A stretch of 64,000 bases of DNA from an uncultured Chloroflexia bacterium (GTDB lineage: Bacteria > Chloroflexota > Limnocylindria > Limnocylindrales > CSP1-4), in contig CAVQKK010000003.1 in NCBI GenBank assembly GCA_963713095.1, forward strand, positions 1,245,339 to 1,309,338, read 5' to 3'. Position 1 is the stretch's first letter. Every line of letters begins with the position of its first letter. This document shows positions 50,552 through 59,245 of this stretch, piece by piece. Both the position numbers and the translations under genes were made by a program. The notes beneath the pieces were generated by a model. The model was given only the letters and a program-made list of their open reading frames with translations. It was not told where the DNA came from and did not search any database.

Positions 50552-51341
50552 TCACGACGACCCACCAAGACGCGAAGGATTGGCGCGTACCGCCTCCGCT
50601 GCGCGCGGAGGATCCTCGCCCTCGGCATCAGGGTCCCAGGCACTGCGCGGGTAGTCGACCTCGACCGGCAGGTCCCAGAGTCCGGGGGCGACTGCCTCGT
50701 CGGAGGGGGTTCCATCCGAAACACAGAAACTTCGTTCGTGGTCGGTGTTTCGGTGTTTCGGATGTGCGGGGGACGGTGACGCCGGCAGGTAGCGCTCCCA
50801 GCTGTCGGCGAACGCCTCGCGCAGGTAGCCCTTCTGGCTCTTGGGCCCGACACGCAGCTGCTTGGAACTGATGCTGAACGGGTGCAGCAGCCGGGCCAGT
50901 CGGTGGGGCGTCAATGGCGACCGTTCGCTCACCCAGGGGCTCTCGTCGTCGGCCTGGAGGGCGGCGATCACGTCGGCCGTCGAGATCCGGTCGGCGTCAC
51001 GCTCATCGAAGACCGCGCGGACATCGGCGAGGAGCCGCGACCAGGCGCTGGTGGCCGCCGATCACGATGCCGTCATCGCGTCGGGCAAGGACCGGCTGGA
51101 CGAACCCGAACTCGCGGAGGCTGCGGGTGAGCGCCTCGAGCTCGTCATCAGTGATCCGCCGGGGGTTGGCAGGATCGGGGTGGAGGCGATCGATCGCGAC
51201 GTCCTCCACGAGGAGGACGGGAGTGGATGCCGGCAGCTGGCGAGCTCGGGTTGTGGGCATTCGAGGCACCCGGACTTGCGGCCAGCCCATCGGTCGGTCG
51301 CTTGGCGAGTGTGCTCGACCTTGGGAGCCGGGTCCATACAC
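50552..51341 (-). pseudogene. frameshifted ParB-like nuclease domain / DUF3631 (primase-associated C-terminal domain) gene
   Basis: ORF 51003-51341 encodes a ParB N-terminal domain (PVLLVEDVAIDRLHPDPANPRRI...GFVQPVLARRDDGIVIGGHQRL); a different frame from about 51060 to 50552 encodes a DUF3631-type C-terminus (ADVRAVFDERDADRISTADVIAALQADDESPW...KQLRVGPKSQKGYLREAFADSWERYLP); the two frames overlap. Confidence 0.55.
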
Positions 51342-51573
51342 CCGCGGTGCTACGCCTGCAGAACCAGACCCTTCATCTCAACGGGAAGGTCAGCGACCAT
51401 CGTTCATCCCGCCGACGCGATCCGGTTGCGCCAGGCCGTGGTCGGGGCCGTGGGGACGCTCGTCTTCGTCACCGGGCGCCCCCCGATCTTCGGCCTTGCA
51501 TCGTCGCGCCACCGGAGTGATGGATGTCCGCCGCAACGTCAGATCGGCGTTGGCCAGCGAAAGGACGAGCGAC

Positions 51574-51969
51574 ATGGCGGACCTGCGCAAGTGCATCGGA
51601 TCGGCGAAGTTCGGGATCGAGGCGCACGAGGCGCCGGTCACCGACTTCCCCGCCCAGCCCAGCCAGAAGGACGGCTTGGGCCGGATGTGCAAGACCCACT
51701 GGAGCCAGTACACGAGCGCGCTGCGGAAGGCGGCGCTCGCGCGCAAGGCGGAAGCGGCCGCCGAGGCTTGCCCCTTCGGCGGGACCACGGCCGACGAGTG
51801 CGCGATGATCCGCGAGCGGTCGGTCGCGGGGGTTAGCGACAGCGTCCCCGACTGCCCGGTCCACGGCGCCTACCGGGATGCCGGGCCGGAGCCCGTCGCG
51901 GAGCCCGAGCCGGCCAGGGCCAAGCGCGGGCGCAAGGCGCTCGTCGCCGTCGAGGGCGACGCCGCGTAG
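51574..51969 (+). CDS. hypothetical protein (Cys-containing, element-borne)
   Basis: 131-aa ORF starting MADLRKCIGSAKFGIEAHEAP; no recognisable domain. Confidence 0.35.
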   Translation: MADLRKCIGSAKFGIEAHEAPVTDFPAQPSQKDGLGRMCKTHWSQYTSALRKAALARKAEAAAEACPFGGTTADECAMIRERSVAGVSDSVPDCPVHGAYRDAGPEPVAEPEPARAKRGRKALVAVEGDAA

Positions 51970-52241
51970 CGCCGCCGCCAGTCCAGCGTCGGGCCCCGGG
52001 CGCCAACCCGGGCGACGTGATCGACGGTCAGGTCGCTCGCCGAATGGGCGGGGCGCCCGTAGCCAGGGCACCAATTGCCGTGCTCGCCGCGCCAGGCACG
52101 GAGCACGCGGGCGCTGAGCCGTTGCCAGGCCGGTGTGCTGTACAGGGCGTTGTGCCGGCTGCTGTTGGACTGGCGGGCGTGCTCTGTGCAGCGGCTACCC
52201 GCGCGGCTGGTGACGACACCGCAGACCGTGCACAGCTTCAC
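51870..52241 (-). pseudogene. 3'-truncated, frameshifted copy of the HNH endonuclease gene
   Basis: N-terminal 80 aa nearly identical to the intact HNH at 59246-59692, then diverges after LTVDH (frameshift) and lacks the HNH C-terminus. Confidence 0.6.
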
Positions 52242-52300
52242 CCAGGAATCGTCAACTGGCGGTGTCGCGCGGTCTATTCGCCTGCGGTGCTAGGCGTCGG
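51990..52300. repeat. about 300-bp dispersed repeat, copy 1 (HNH 5' part plus upstream region), about 90% identical to 59440-59760
   Basis: manual alignment of the two regions. Confidence 0.6.
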
Positions 52301-52403
52301 AGTCGTCATGTCGAGGCTTGTCGAACGGGACAGTTCGCCGGCGCCGCTCTGGCCGGGTCTCTCCCGTCTGAACAAACGGTCGCGCTAGACCGTCTGGAAT
52401 CAT

Positions 52404-52967
52404 GTGATTGGCACGGTGCCGAGAGCCGAGGTGCGAGTGACGAGGGCGACCAACGGGTCGGTCCCATGGGCCGGGCGCGACGAGGCGTTCGCGGTCCTCA
52501 TCGGACCGCGGCTCAATCGCGCCTACGGCCTCGCGTGGCACCTCCTGGGCCACGCCGCTGACGCCGAGGACGCCTGCCAGGAGGCGCTCCTCGCCGCTTG
52601 GTCCGCCTGGCCCCGGCTGCGCGACCCCGCCCGGTTCGACGCCTGGTTCGACCGCATCCTCGTGAACACCTGCATCGAACACCTCCGCCGCCGGGCGCGC
52701 CGTCCCCAGGCCATGCTGCCCGACGAACCCGACATCGCGGCTCGGGACGCGCTCCAGGGCCCTGTCGAGAGGGACGCCATCGGTCGCGCCCTCGGGCGCC
52801 TCAGCCCGGAGCACCGCGCCGCGGTCGTCCTGCGCTTCTGGGCCGACCTCCCCACCGATGCGATCGCCGATCGTCTGGGCGTGCCGGCCGGCACCGTGCG
52901 CTCCCGCCTGCACTACGCGCTCGGCGCCCTCCGCTCCGAGCTCGAGCACGACCGGACCGCCCGATGA
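52404..52967 (+). CDS. ECF (sigma-70 family, group 4) RNA polymerase sigma factor
   Basis: region 2 (AEDACQEALLAAWSAW...FDAWFDRILVNTCIEHLRR) and region 4 HTH (LPTDAIADRLGVPAGTVRSRLHYAL). Confidence 0.85.
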   Translation: MIGTVPRAEVRVTRATNGSVPWAGRDEAFAVLIGPRLNRAYGLAWHLLGHAADAEDACQEALLAAWSAWPRLRDPARFDAWFDRILVNTCIEHLRRRARRPQAMLPDEPDIAARDALQGPVERDAIGRALGRLSPEHRAAVVLRFWADLPTDAIADRLGVPAGTVRSRLHYALGALRSELEHDRTAR

Positions 52968-54271
52968 GCGACCGACGGGACCAGGCCGACGACCCGATCG
53001 AGGCCGAGCTCCGCTCGTGGTTCAGGTCCCGGACGACGCCGGCGGCGCCGCCGACGCTGCGCACCTTCGCCGAACAGATCGGGTCGGGCGCCCGTCCGAC
53101 CGCGCCGCTCCGCGGCCTCGCAGTCGTCTGGCGGCAGCCCCAGGGCGGCAGCCGCCTTGCCGCTCTGGCGGCGTCCGTCGCTGTCGTCGTCCTCGCCGGC
53201 GGGCTGCTCCTCGTCGCCGGGCAGCACGGTCCCGCCGCCCCGACGTCGTCGCCCGGGACGTCGCAGACCGCCGTGGCCTCGCAGCCGACCGGATCGCCGC
53301 CTGTCGCGACGCCGCCGCCGCCCGGTCTCGGCGCCCTCTATGCGGACGGGCTCCCGATGCAGCTGGACGGCGAGCGCGTCTACCGGCCGAGCGATCCGAC
53401 CGTCGTCTCCGGCGGAGCCCCGGTGCTCGTCACCGGCTGGGTTGCGGGCTGGATCGTCTCCGCCTGTGGGCCGCCACCCTCTCCAGTGCCGACGGGCTAC
53501 TGTCCCTCCTTCGTTCAGCTGGCTGACAGCCGCCACGGCGCGACGCAGCTCATCGCGTCCTGGCCGTCGTTTGCCGGCGAGCCCGGGCCAGGCCTGGTCA
53601 TGCGGATCAAGCCAACTGATCTCGGATGCTCCGACACCCCAGCAGCGAGCTGCGTCGCGCCGAGGGTCGCCGGAATCGAGGTGCTGTGGTCCGGTGAACC
53701 AGGGACGACGTCCCCCTCGTCTCCGCCGTCCCCTCCGTCAAGTGCGCTCCCGGGCGCTGGTGGCACCTGCTCCGCCGACCAGCTCGTCGTGGGAAACGCG
53801 ACGAGCGGCTTCACGTTCGGCGCCCTCAACTACAGGCACGCCGTCTTTACGCAGACGGTCCGCAACGCCGGCGGCGACTGCGTGCTGGGGGTCCCGAAGG
53901 TGATCGGCGTGGCAACGGCAGGCGGTCCGCTGGTGGCCGTTCGCGCCAACAACACCGGCAATGAGGTCTGCGCCAACAACGCCTGCCACTTCGAGACCCC
54001 GCCGACCTACGCGATCCGGTCCGGGCAGTCCTTCGAGATCGACTTCAGCGTCTCCTGGTTCGCCGGTGCGAACGACGCGAACGGCAGCCCGCTGTACAGC
54101 GCGCCGCCGTGCGTCGGCGAGGTGACCGACGTGAGCCGCGTTGCGTTCCCGGTCGCCTCCGGCGCGATCCCGATTGACCTGGAGGCCGCGGGCCAACAGG
54201 CTGGAGCGAGCGTGCCATGGCACCAGGTCTGCTCTTCGCCGATGAGCATTTCCTTCGAGATCAAGCCATGA
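52964..54271 (+). CDS. anti-sigma-factor-like membrane protein with DUF4232-like Cys-containing extracytoplasmic domain
   Basis: ATG overlaps the sigma stop (ATGA); single TM (LAALAASVAVVVLAGGLLLVAG); Pro/Ser-rich linker; C-terminal CSADQLVVGNATSGFTFGALNYRHAVFTQTVRNAGGDCVLGVPKV pattern resembles DUF4232. Confidence 0.6.
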   Translation: MSDRRDQADDPIEAELRSWFRSRTTPAAPPTLRTFAEQIGSGARPTAPLRGLAVVWRQPQGGSRLAALAASVAVVVLAGGLLLVAGQHGPAAPTSSPGTSQTAVASQPTGSPPVATPPPPGLGALYADGLPMQLDGERVYRPSDPTVVSGGAPVLVTGWVAGWIVSACGPPPSPVPTGYCPSFVQLADSRHGATQLIASWPSFAGEPGPGLVMRIKPTDLGCSDTPAASCVAPRVAGIEVLWSGEPGTTSPSSPPSPPSSALPGAGGTCSADQLVVGNATSGFTFGALNYRHAVFTQTVRNAGGDCVLGVPKVIGVATAGGPLVAVRANNTGNEVCANNACHFETPPTYAIRSGQSFEIDFSVSWFAGANDANGSPLYSAPPCVGEVTDVSRVAFPVASGAIPIDLEAAGQQAGASVPWHQVCSSPMSISFEIKP

Positions 54272-54297
54272 CGACTCGTCCCGGCACCCTTAGCGTG

Positions 54298-54546
54298 TCA
54301 GCGCGGCTCTAGCCCCTGCACCACCAGCCACCCCGCCGCGCGACCCGTGTAGATCAGCTGCTCGGTGGTGAGACCTGACCGGGCGCGCAGGTCGGCGAGG
54401 TGTCGCTTCGCCGTGCCCGGCCGGACGCCGACGAGCACCGCCGCCCCGGGCACGGAGCCGCCCGCGGCGACGTACGCCGCCAGGACGTCGACCTGGCGGG
54501 CAGTCGGTGACCGCGGGAGGGTGCCCCGCAGGTACCCCTCCCTCAC
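54298..54546 (-). CDS. small LuxR/GerE-type HTH protein (DNA-binding domain only)
   Basis: LTARQVDVLAAYVAAGGSVPGAAVLVGVRPGTAKRHLADL matches the GerE HTH pattern. Confidence 0.55.
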   Translation of the reverse strand: MREGYLRGTLPRSPTARQVDVLAAYVAAGGSVPGAAVLVGVRPGTAKRHLADLRARSGLTTEQLIYTGRAAGWLVVQGLEPR

Positions 54547-54731
54547 ACCGGGCTCACGCGGCTCCGCGTGATGAGCCCCAGGACCACCGCGGTGACGGCG
54601 AGGATCGCGCCGATCTGGTCGGGCGCCAGGCTGAGGCCGAACGCCACGACCAGGGCGATCACCGCCTGGACGAGGGCGAGGACCATCGCCGGTTCGCGGC
54701 CAAGGAAAGTGCCGGGCTGCGTGTCCATCAC
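54543..54731 (-). CDS. small two-TM membrane protein (holin-like)
   Basis: 62 aa, two hydrophobic helices; immediately downstream of the endolysin gene with 4-nt overlaps on both sides. Confidence 0.4.
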   Translation of the reverse strand: MMDTQPGTFLGREPAMVLALVQAVIALVVAFGLSLAPDQIGAILAVTAVVLGLITRSRVSPV

Positions 54732-55456
54732 TTCACGCGGACGATGTCGCCCGGGTGGATGAGCCCAGGCTTGGCGCGGTACTTCGCGTTGTCTGGGTAC
54801 GCGAGCAGAGCGGCGAGGGTCAGCCCGTGTGCGGCGGCGATCGCGGACAGACTGTCACCTGCCTTCACGGTGACCGTGGTGATCGGGGGCTTCAGGATCG
54901 CGTTCGCCCGGGTGATGACGCGCTTGACCCGGGCCTCCCTTGTGGCCGGCGGCCACGGGTCGCTGCGCCGGCTCACGCTATTGATGTCGGCGTGGACGAC
55001 CACGGTGCTCCGGTTGATGGGCAAGCCCGTGGCCTTGTGGGCCGCGACGACGAGCCGGGCGACGGCCTCGAACTGGGCATCGGTGTAGGGCTCGGTCCCC
55101 GCCCCCGAGCACTCGATCGACTCGTGCACCCATTCGTTCATGTTCACGCCCGAGGCGACCGCGGCGGCGATCGTAGGGAGCTTCGTGTTGGGATGGGCGA
55201 CGTCGCCCTGGCTCCAGGCCGCGTACTTAGCTGGGTCGATCGCCCGCACGACCGTACCGTCGCGATCGATGTAGGCGGTGGCGGACGGGCCCCACGAGCC
55301 TGCCCGGTTGGCGTAGTTGCGCTCCTGCATCGCCGTTGCCTTGGCATTGGCGGTCTGGTGCAGGCACGCGAGGATCGTCGGCTTCTGACGCCGTCGCGCC
55401 CCGCGGGTCGGGTAGCCGTACGCCTTGTTCGTCAGCAGGGCGGTGGTGGTGGTCAT
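54728..55456 (-). CDS. endolysin: N-acetylmuramoyl-L-alanine amidase (amidase_2/PGRP-like) with C-terminal LysM domain
   Basis: KPTILACLHQTAN...YIDRDGTVVRAID...TVVVHADIN amidase_2-like zinc-ligand pattern; C-terminal TVKAGDSLSAIAAAHGLTLAALLAYPDN...IHPGDIVRV LysM. Confidence 0.7.
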   Translation of the reverse strand: MTTTTALLTNKAYGYPTRGARRRQKPTILACLHQTANAKATAMQERNYANRAGSWGPSATAYIDRDGTVVRAIDPAKYAAWSQGDVAHPNTKLPTIAAAVASGVNMNEWVHESIECSGAGTEPYTDAQFEAVARLVVAAHKATGLPINRSTVVVHADINSVSRRSDPWPPATREARVKRVITRANAILKPPITTVTVKAGDSLSAIAAAHGLTLAALLAYPDNAKYRAKPGLIHPGDIVRVK

Positions 55457-55746
55457 CTCACGCTCCGCCAGACCGCCGACGCCTCGAGTCCCAGGAGAGC
55501 ACAGATCGCGCCCAGGACGGGCAGCAGGATGCCTGGGCTGATGTCGTAGTCCGGGACGGCGACGTCGAGCACGAGGAGGACGACGAGGACCAACGTGAGT
55601 GCGGCCGCGGCGCCGATCCGGGCCGACGAGTAGACATCGGCCCGGCGACGGTTCGCGGCATCGTCACGCTCATCGCCCATGCCGGCGTCGTCGGTCGATC
55701 CAGGCATCGACGAGGAGCGGCAGTACGAAGAAGTCGAGCGCACCAC
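55453..55746 (-). CDS. small membrane protein (second holin-like)
   Basis: C-terminal half has two TM helices (ALTLVLVVLLVLDVAV...ILLPVLGAICALLGL); stop overlaps the endolysin start. Confidence 0.35.
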   Translation of the reverse strand: MVRSTSSYCRSSSMPGSTDDAGMGDERDDAANRRRADVYSSARIGAAAALTLVLVVLLVLDVAVPDYDISPGILLPVLGAICALLGLEASAVWRSVR

Positions 55747-56078
55747 CCATGAGCACGCCCGCCAGGAAGGCCACCACGAGCTCGAGCCCGTTCATCGCGC
55801 CGCCGACGGGTTGACGGCGCGGACGTACCCGGTGGGGGGAACCGGGAGTCGACCTGGATCGGACCAGCGCGCCGTCATGCCCTCAAGGGTGGCGGCGGCG
55901 GGCCGCGGTTACTAGTTGGCCGATTGGGCCACTGGTCGTGCTTGATCTAGCGTTTGGGTCCGCTGCGCGCTGCGGCTCTTCAACTGTGAATTCGCGGGTC
56001 GCGTTGCCCAAGCACCACCGACCACTCGGTACGTCGGTACCAGCGCTCGGAGCCTGTCGACCGGCGTAGAGTCAGCCG

Positions 56079-56975
56079 ATGGAGGCCGACATGGCGACCA
56101 CAGATACCGACCCGTCAGGAGATATGGACGCTGCGATGGCGAGCGCCGATCTGCTCGGCCAGATCGCCCCGCCGTTGCGCATCCGGGGCGGACCGGACTT
56201 CATCCTGTTCGAGCGCGCGCCGGGGGCGATACCCGTCGCGGGCGCCACCCTCTGGCTCCAGAACCCGACGAATGCGCCGATGGAAGTGCGGGCCTGGATC
56301 GCGTTCGACAGCGCCCCGGCCAAGGTTGCGGTACCCGACCGTTTCGTGGGAACGCTTGCGCCGCTCGAGGTGGGCGTGCTCGCCGTCCCAGTGTCGATCA
56401 CATTCAGGGTGCCGTATGTGCTCAAGTTCGGTCTCATGGGCCGGTCGGCGGCAGCCAGGGTCCGAGCGACCACGCCGGGAAGTCTGGATCGTGAGGCCAC
56501 CGCGAAAGGAATCCTCTTCGGCCTGGCCGGCGTCGCACTTACTGGCGTTGGGCACTTCAGGATCACCCACGTCGGCGGCGATGTTGGCAGCGGCTTCAGT
56601 GCATCCTGGGACTTCAGCGGCGCCGACCCCGCGATCGTCGGCGCCGAAGCCACATGGACCCGCGTGTGGGCTCCCAGAGACGCGCCCGACACCGTCTTCG
56701 TGCACAGCGCCGCGCCACCAAGGGCGATCGAGACAAACACGAGGATCGGCAACTATGTCGCCGTTCTGGCGGCATTCGTCGTCGCGATCATCGGGTACAA
56801 CATCGCGGCACCGGTGGTTGGTGTGGTACCTGCGATTGTTCTTGCCGCCGTCGTATTCATGGCCGCCGGCTACGCGGCACTCGCGTTGCTCAAGATTGCA
56901 TTGCCGGGTCTCGTTCCAGCAGAGGTCATCGGATCACTGGTTCTGCGCGACGGTGTGGGTGTGACCCGGGCGTAG
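56079..56975 (+). CDS. hypothetical protein with soluble N-terminal domain and C-terminal 3-TM anchor
   Basis: 298-aa ORF; no recognisable domain; lies between the lysis cassette and the element end. Confidence 0.5.
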   Translation: MEADMATTDTDPSGDMDAAMASADLLGQIAPPLRIRGGPDFILFERAPGAIPVAGATLWLQNPTNAPMEVRAWIAFDSAPAKVAVPDRFVGTLAPLEVGVLAVPVSITFRVPYVLKFGLMGRSAAARVRATTPGSLDREATAKGILFGLAGVALTGVGHFRITHVGGDVGSGFSASWDFSGADPAIVGAEATWTRVWAPRDAPDTVFVHSAAPPRAIETNTRIGNYVAVLAAFVVAIIGYNIAAPVVGVVPAIVLAAVVFMAAGYAALALLKIALPGLVPAEVIGSLVLRDGVGVTRA

Positions 56976-56994
56976 GTTCCTCGCCTGCGAGCCG

Positions 56995-57276
56995 CTATTC
57001 GTCGGCTCGTGCTTGGCCTTCCGGCTCGGGCAGACGCGGGGCGAGCATCCAGACCAGCTGCGCCGTCGTCATCGCCCCCACCTTCGATCGCGCGGCCGCG
57101 AGGTGGTGCTTCACGGTCGAGTGCGACACCCCCAGACGGTGGGCGGCCGCCTTCTCCGACCCGGCCGCAACGACGGCGGCTACGACCGCGAGCTCGCGAT
57201 CCGTGGCAGTCCCGCCGGAACCCCGACCCGATGGAGACGTTCCTCTCACGCCAGCCGCCTCGCCGCGGCCAGCCAC
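56995..57276 (-). CDS. small LuxR/GerE-type HTH protein (paralog of 54298-54546)
   Basis: TDRELAVVAAVVAAGSEKAAAHRLGVSHSTVKHHLAAARSKVG GerE HTH. Confidence 0.55.
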   Translation of the reverse strand: MAGRGEAAGVRGTSPSGRGSGGTATDRELAVVAAVVAAGSEKAAAHRLGVSHSTVKHHLAAARSKVGAMTTAQLVWMLAPRLPEPEGQARADE

Positions 57277-57716
57277 TCATCCCGCCCCTCGATCGGGATC
57301 TCGTAGGTTGCTATCGCGCGCCCAACTCCTGTCGGGCGCGCCACTGCAACCTTTTCGGGTAGCGCGAGCGCGAATCCGTGGGCGTAGGCCGACGGAGCGG
57401 GCGACGCCACCTCAACGAGAGCGCCGGTGCCGGTCAGGTTGTCAGTGGCGCCGGCAAGCGGCCAGAGCCCCGGGGCAACCGCCGCCACGCGCGCCACGAG
57501 CCGGCGGACGGGCTCGGCGGCCGCGCTTTCGATGCGTCCCAGATCCGCCTCGATCGTGCCCGAATGGTCGTCTAGGGCCGCCGAGAACTGGCTCGGCACG
57601 TCCCTGCCGATCGCCCCAGTGGCCTTGTCGAAGACCGACAGAGTCAACCCTCCCGGCTCCGTGCGAGCGAACAACTTGAGCAGCCACTCGGCGATGACGT
57701 GCTGGTTCTGGGGCAT
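57246..57716 (-). CDS. hypothetical protein, N-terminus DUF4238-like, C-terminus derived from a recombinase-end remnant
   Basis: N-terminal QNQHVIAEWLLKLF...LSVFDK resembles the HHYVPQFYLRNF...VYD start of DUF4238 proteins (weak); the last about 25 codons match the serine recombinase C-terminus and read through the att repeat. Confidence 0.35.
   Translation of the reverse strand: MPQNQHVIAEWLLKLFARTEPGGLTLSVFDKATGAIGRDVPSQFSAALDDHSGTIEADLGRIESAAAEPVRRLVARVAAVAPGLWPLAGATDNLTGTGALVEVASPAPSAYAHGFALALPEKVAVARPTGVGRAIATYEIPIEGRDEWLAAARRLA
57327..57402. repeat. attR-like direct repeat: 17-bp perfect copy of the tRNA-Arg 3' end followed by about 60 bp that are about 85% identical to the recombinase 3' end at 48667-48725
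   Basis: manual alignment TCCTGTCGGGCGCGCCA(T/C)T(T/G)CAACCTTTTCGGG(C/T)AGCGC(C/G)AGCGC... Confidence 0.6.
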
Positions 57717-57739
57717 TCCGGACGCCTGTCAGCGGTGAG

Positions 57740-58923
57740 TCAGCGGCCCGGGAAGAGCGACAGCTGGACCTCGGCGAACGGGTCGACCTGCTCGGCGCCC
57801 CGCTCCTGCTCCCAGGATGCCTCCGCCAGCGAGAGGAGACGCGGCGTCGCGATGTAGTAGCGGCCCCGCTTCTCTCCCTTGGGCTCCAGGAGCTCCGCGT
57901 CCACCATCCGCTTGAGGTCCCGTCCGCCCGCGTGCTCCGAGAGCTCGGCGTGCTCCTGGTATACGCGGTTGCTGACGCGGAAGCGCTGTGCCGCGTCGAA
58001 CAGGGCCAGGACTGCCCGGTCCGGGATCCCCAGCCGCTGGACCTCCGCCTCGAGGAGCGCCCAAAGGCGCTCGGTCTGGCGGACGCGACGGAGGAGCCGC
58101 TGCGCCTGGCGGAAGTGCGCGGTCAGCGAGAACCGCACCCACGGTCTCGCGTCCCGCTCCGGGTGCCACGCTCCAGCCCCGACCTCCGCGAGGATGTCGT
58201 AGTAGTCCTGCGTGTTCTTGCCGAGGTACTCCTCGATGCTCGAGAACTCGGCGGCGAGGATCCCGTCCCGCGAGAGCACGAGTGACTGGAGGATCCTCGC
58301 CATCCGGCCGTTCCCGTCCCGGTACGGGTGGATCATCACCAGGTTGAGGTGGGCCATCGCGGCCCGGACCATGACCGGCGTCGAGCCCGGCTGGTTGAGG
58401 CTGGCCATCAGGTCGTCCATGAATCCCGGAACGCGGTCGGCGTCCGGGCCCTCGTACACGATCCGGCCCGACGGCTCGTGCTGCACGAACACCGGCCCGG
58501 AGCGCAGCAGGCCCGGGCCCTTGCTCATGTCGTAGTTGAGCATCATGAAGTGGAGGCTGTTGAGGAGGCCCTCGCTGTAGCGGAAGTGGGGCGACCCAGC
58601 GAGCTGGAGCACGTACGTCATGGCGTTGCGGTAGCCGGCGACGGCCCGGGCGGTCTCCTCGACGGCATCGAGGGGCTCCTCGCCCTCGGCGACCGCCATC
58701 GCGTCAGCGAGGGTGACGTTGTACCCCTCGATGGTATTCGAGCCCTGGATGGCCCGGGCGAACATCACGCGCCGCAGCGATCCCGTCCAGCGGCGGGGCG
58801 TCTGGACGACCTGGTATCGGAGCGCAGCCCGAAGCTCCTCGATCCGCGAGACGACCTCGAGCTCCTCGGGACTGAGTTCGGGTGTGCGGAAGAGGGACGA
58901 CTGCGCGGGTGCTGCCTGGCCAA
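57740..58923 (-). CDS. Fic/DOC-family protein
   Basis: canonical Fic motif HPYRDGNGRMARIL; start chosen at MVGQAAPAQSSLF. Confidence 0.8.
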
Positions 58924-58925
58924 CC

Positions 58926-58976
58926 ATGTGCAGGATACTAACCTGCATGTTGCAGGATGGCAAGTTGATAACCCGC
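58926..58976 (-). promoter_or_regulatory. repeat-rich operator-like region directly upstream of the Fic gene (palindrome TGCAGG-ATACTAA-CCTGCA, direct repeats TGCAGGAT x2, TTGATAAC)
   Basis: direct inspection; lower-GC than surroundings. Confidence 0.3.
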
Positions 58977-59245
58977 AGAGGCGAGCCTAGGGCGCCCCGC
59001 CCGGAGCCCCTCTCCTTTCGGACGCGTGCGTGCCCAGTCGCGGCCTCATTGTGCCGCGTGGGCAAACCCCAGGCGCCCGTGGGCGAAGTCGAGAGGGGCG
59101 CGGATGGTGGGCGTAGCACCATCGGCGCGGCCTGCCAGGCCCGCCGAGGTACGGAAGCTCGACGCCGCAAGCTTGGCAGCGGCGCGGCGCGGCGAAGCTC
59201 GCCCGGAGGGCCAGCGTCGCGGCCGCGGCCATCGCCTCGAGCGCG

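Larger units (their letters stand above)
48650..57343. mobile_element. about 8.7-kb integrated element at tRNA-Arg, bounded by a 17-bp perfect direct repeat of the tRNA 3' end
   Basis: TCCTGTCGGGCGCGCCA at 48650-48666 and 57327-57343; recombinase adjacent to the tRNA; phage-type lysis, HNH and replication-remnant genes inside. Confidence 0.5.

Noticed and set aside
50101-50853. 250-aa minus-strand ORF upstream of the recombinase
   Set aside because: Its N-terminal two-thirds is Arg/Pro/Thr low complexity overlapping the DUF3631 fragment in another frame; only the last 84 codons (50101-50354), coupled to the recombinase start, are plausible.
50914-51969. 351-aa plus-strand ORF
   Set aside because: Its first about 220 codons are antisense to the ParB/DUF3631 pseudogene and low complexity; only the segment from the ATG at 51574 is reported.
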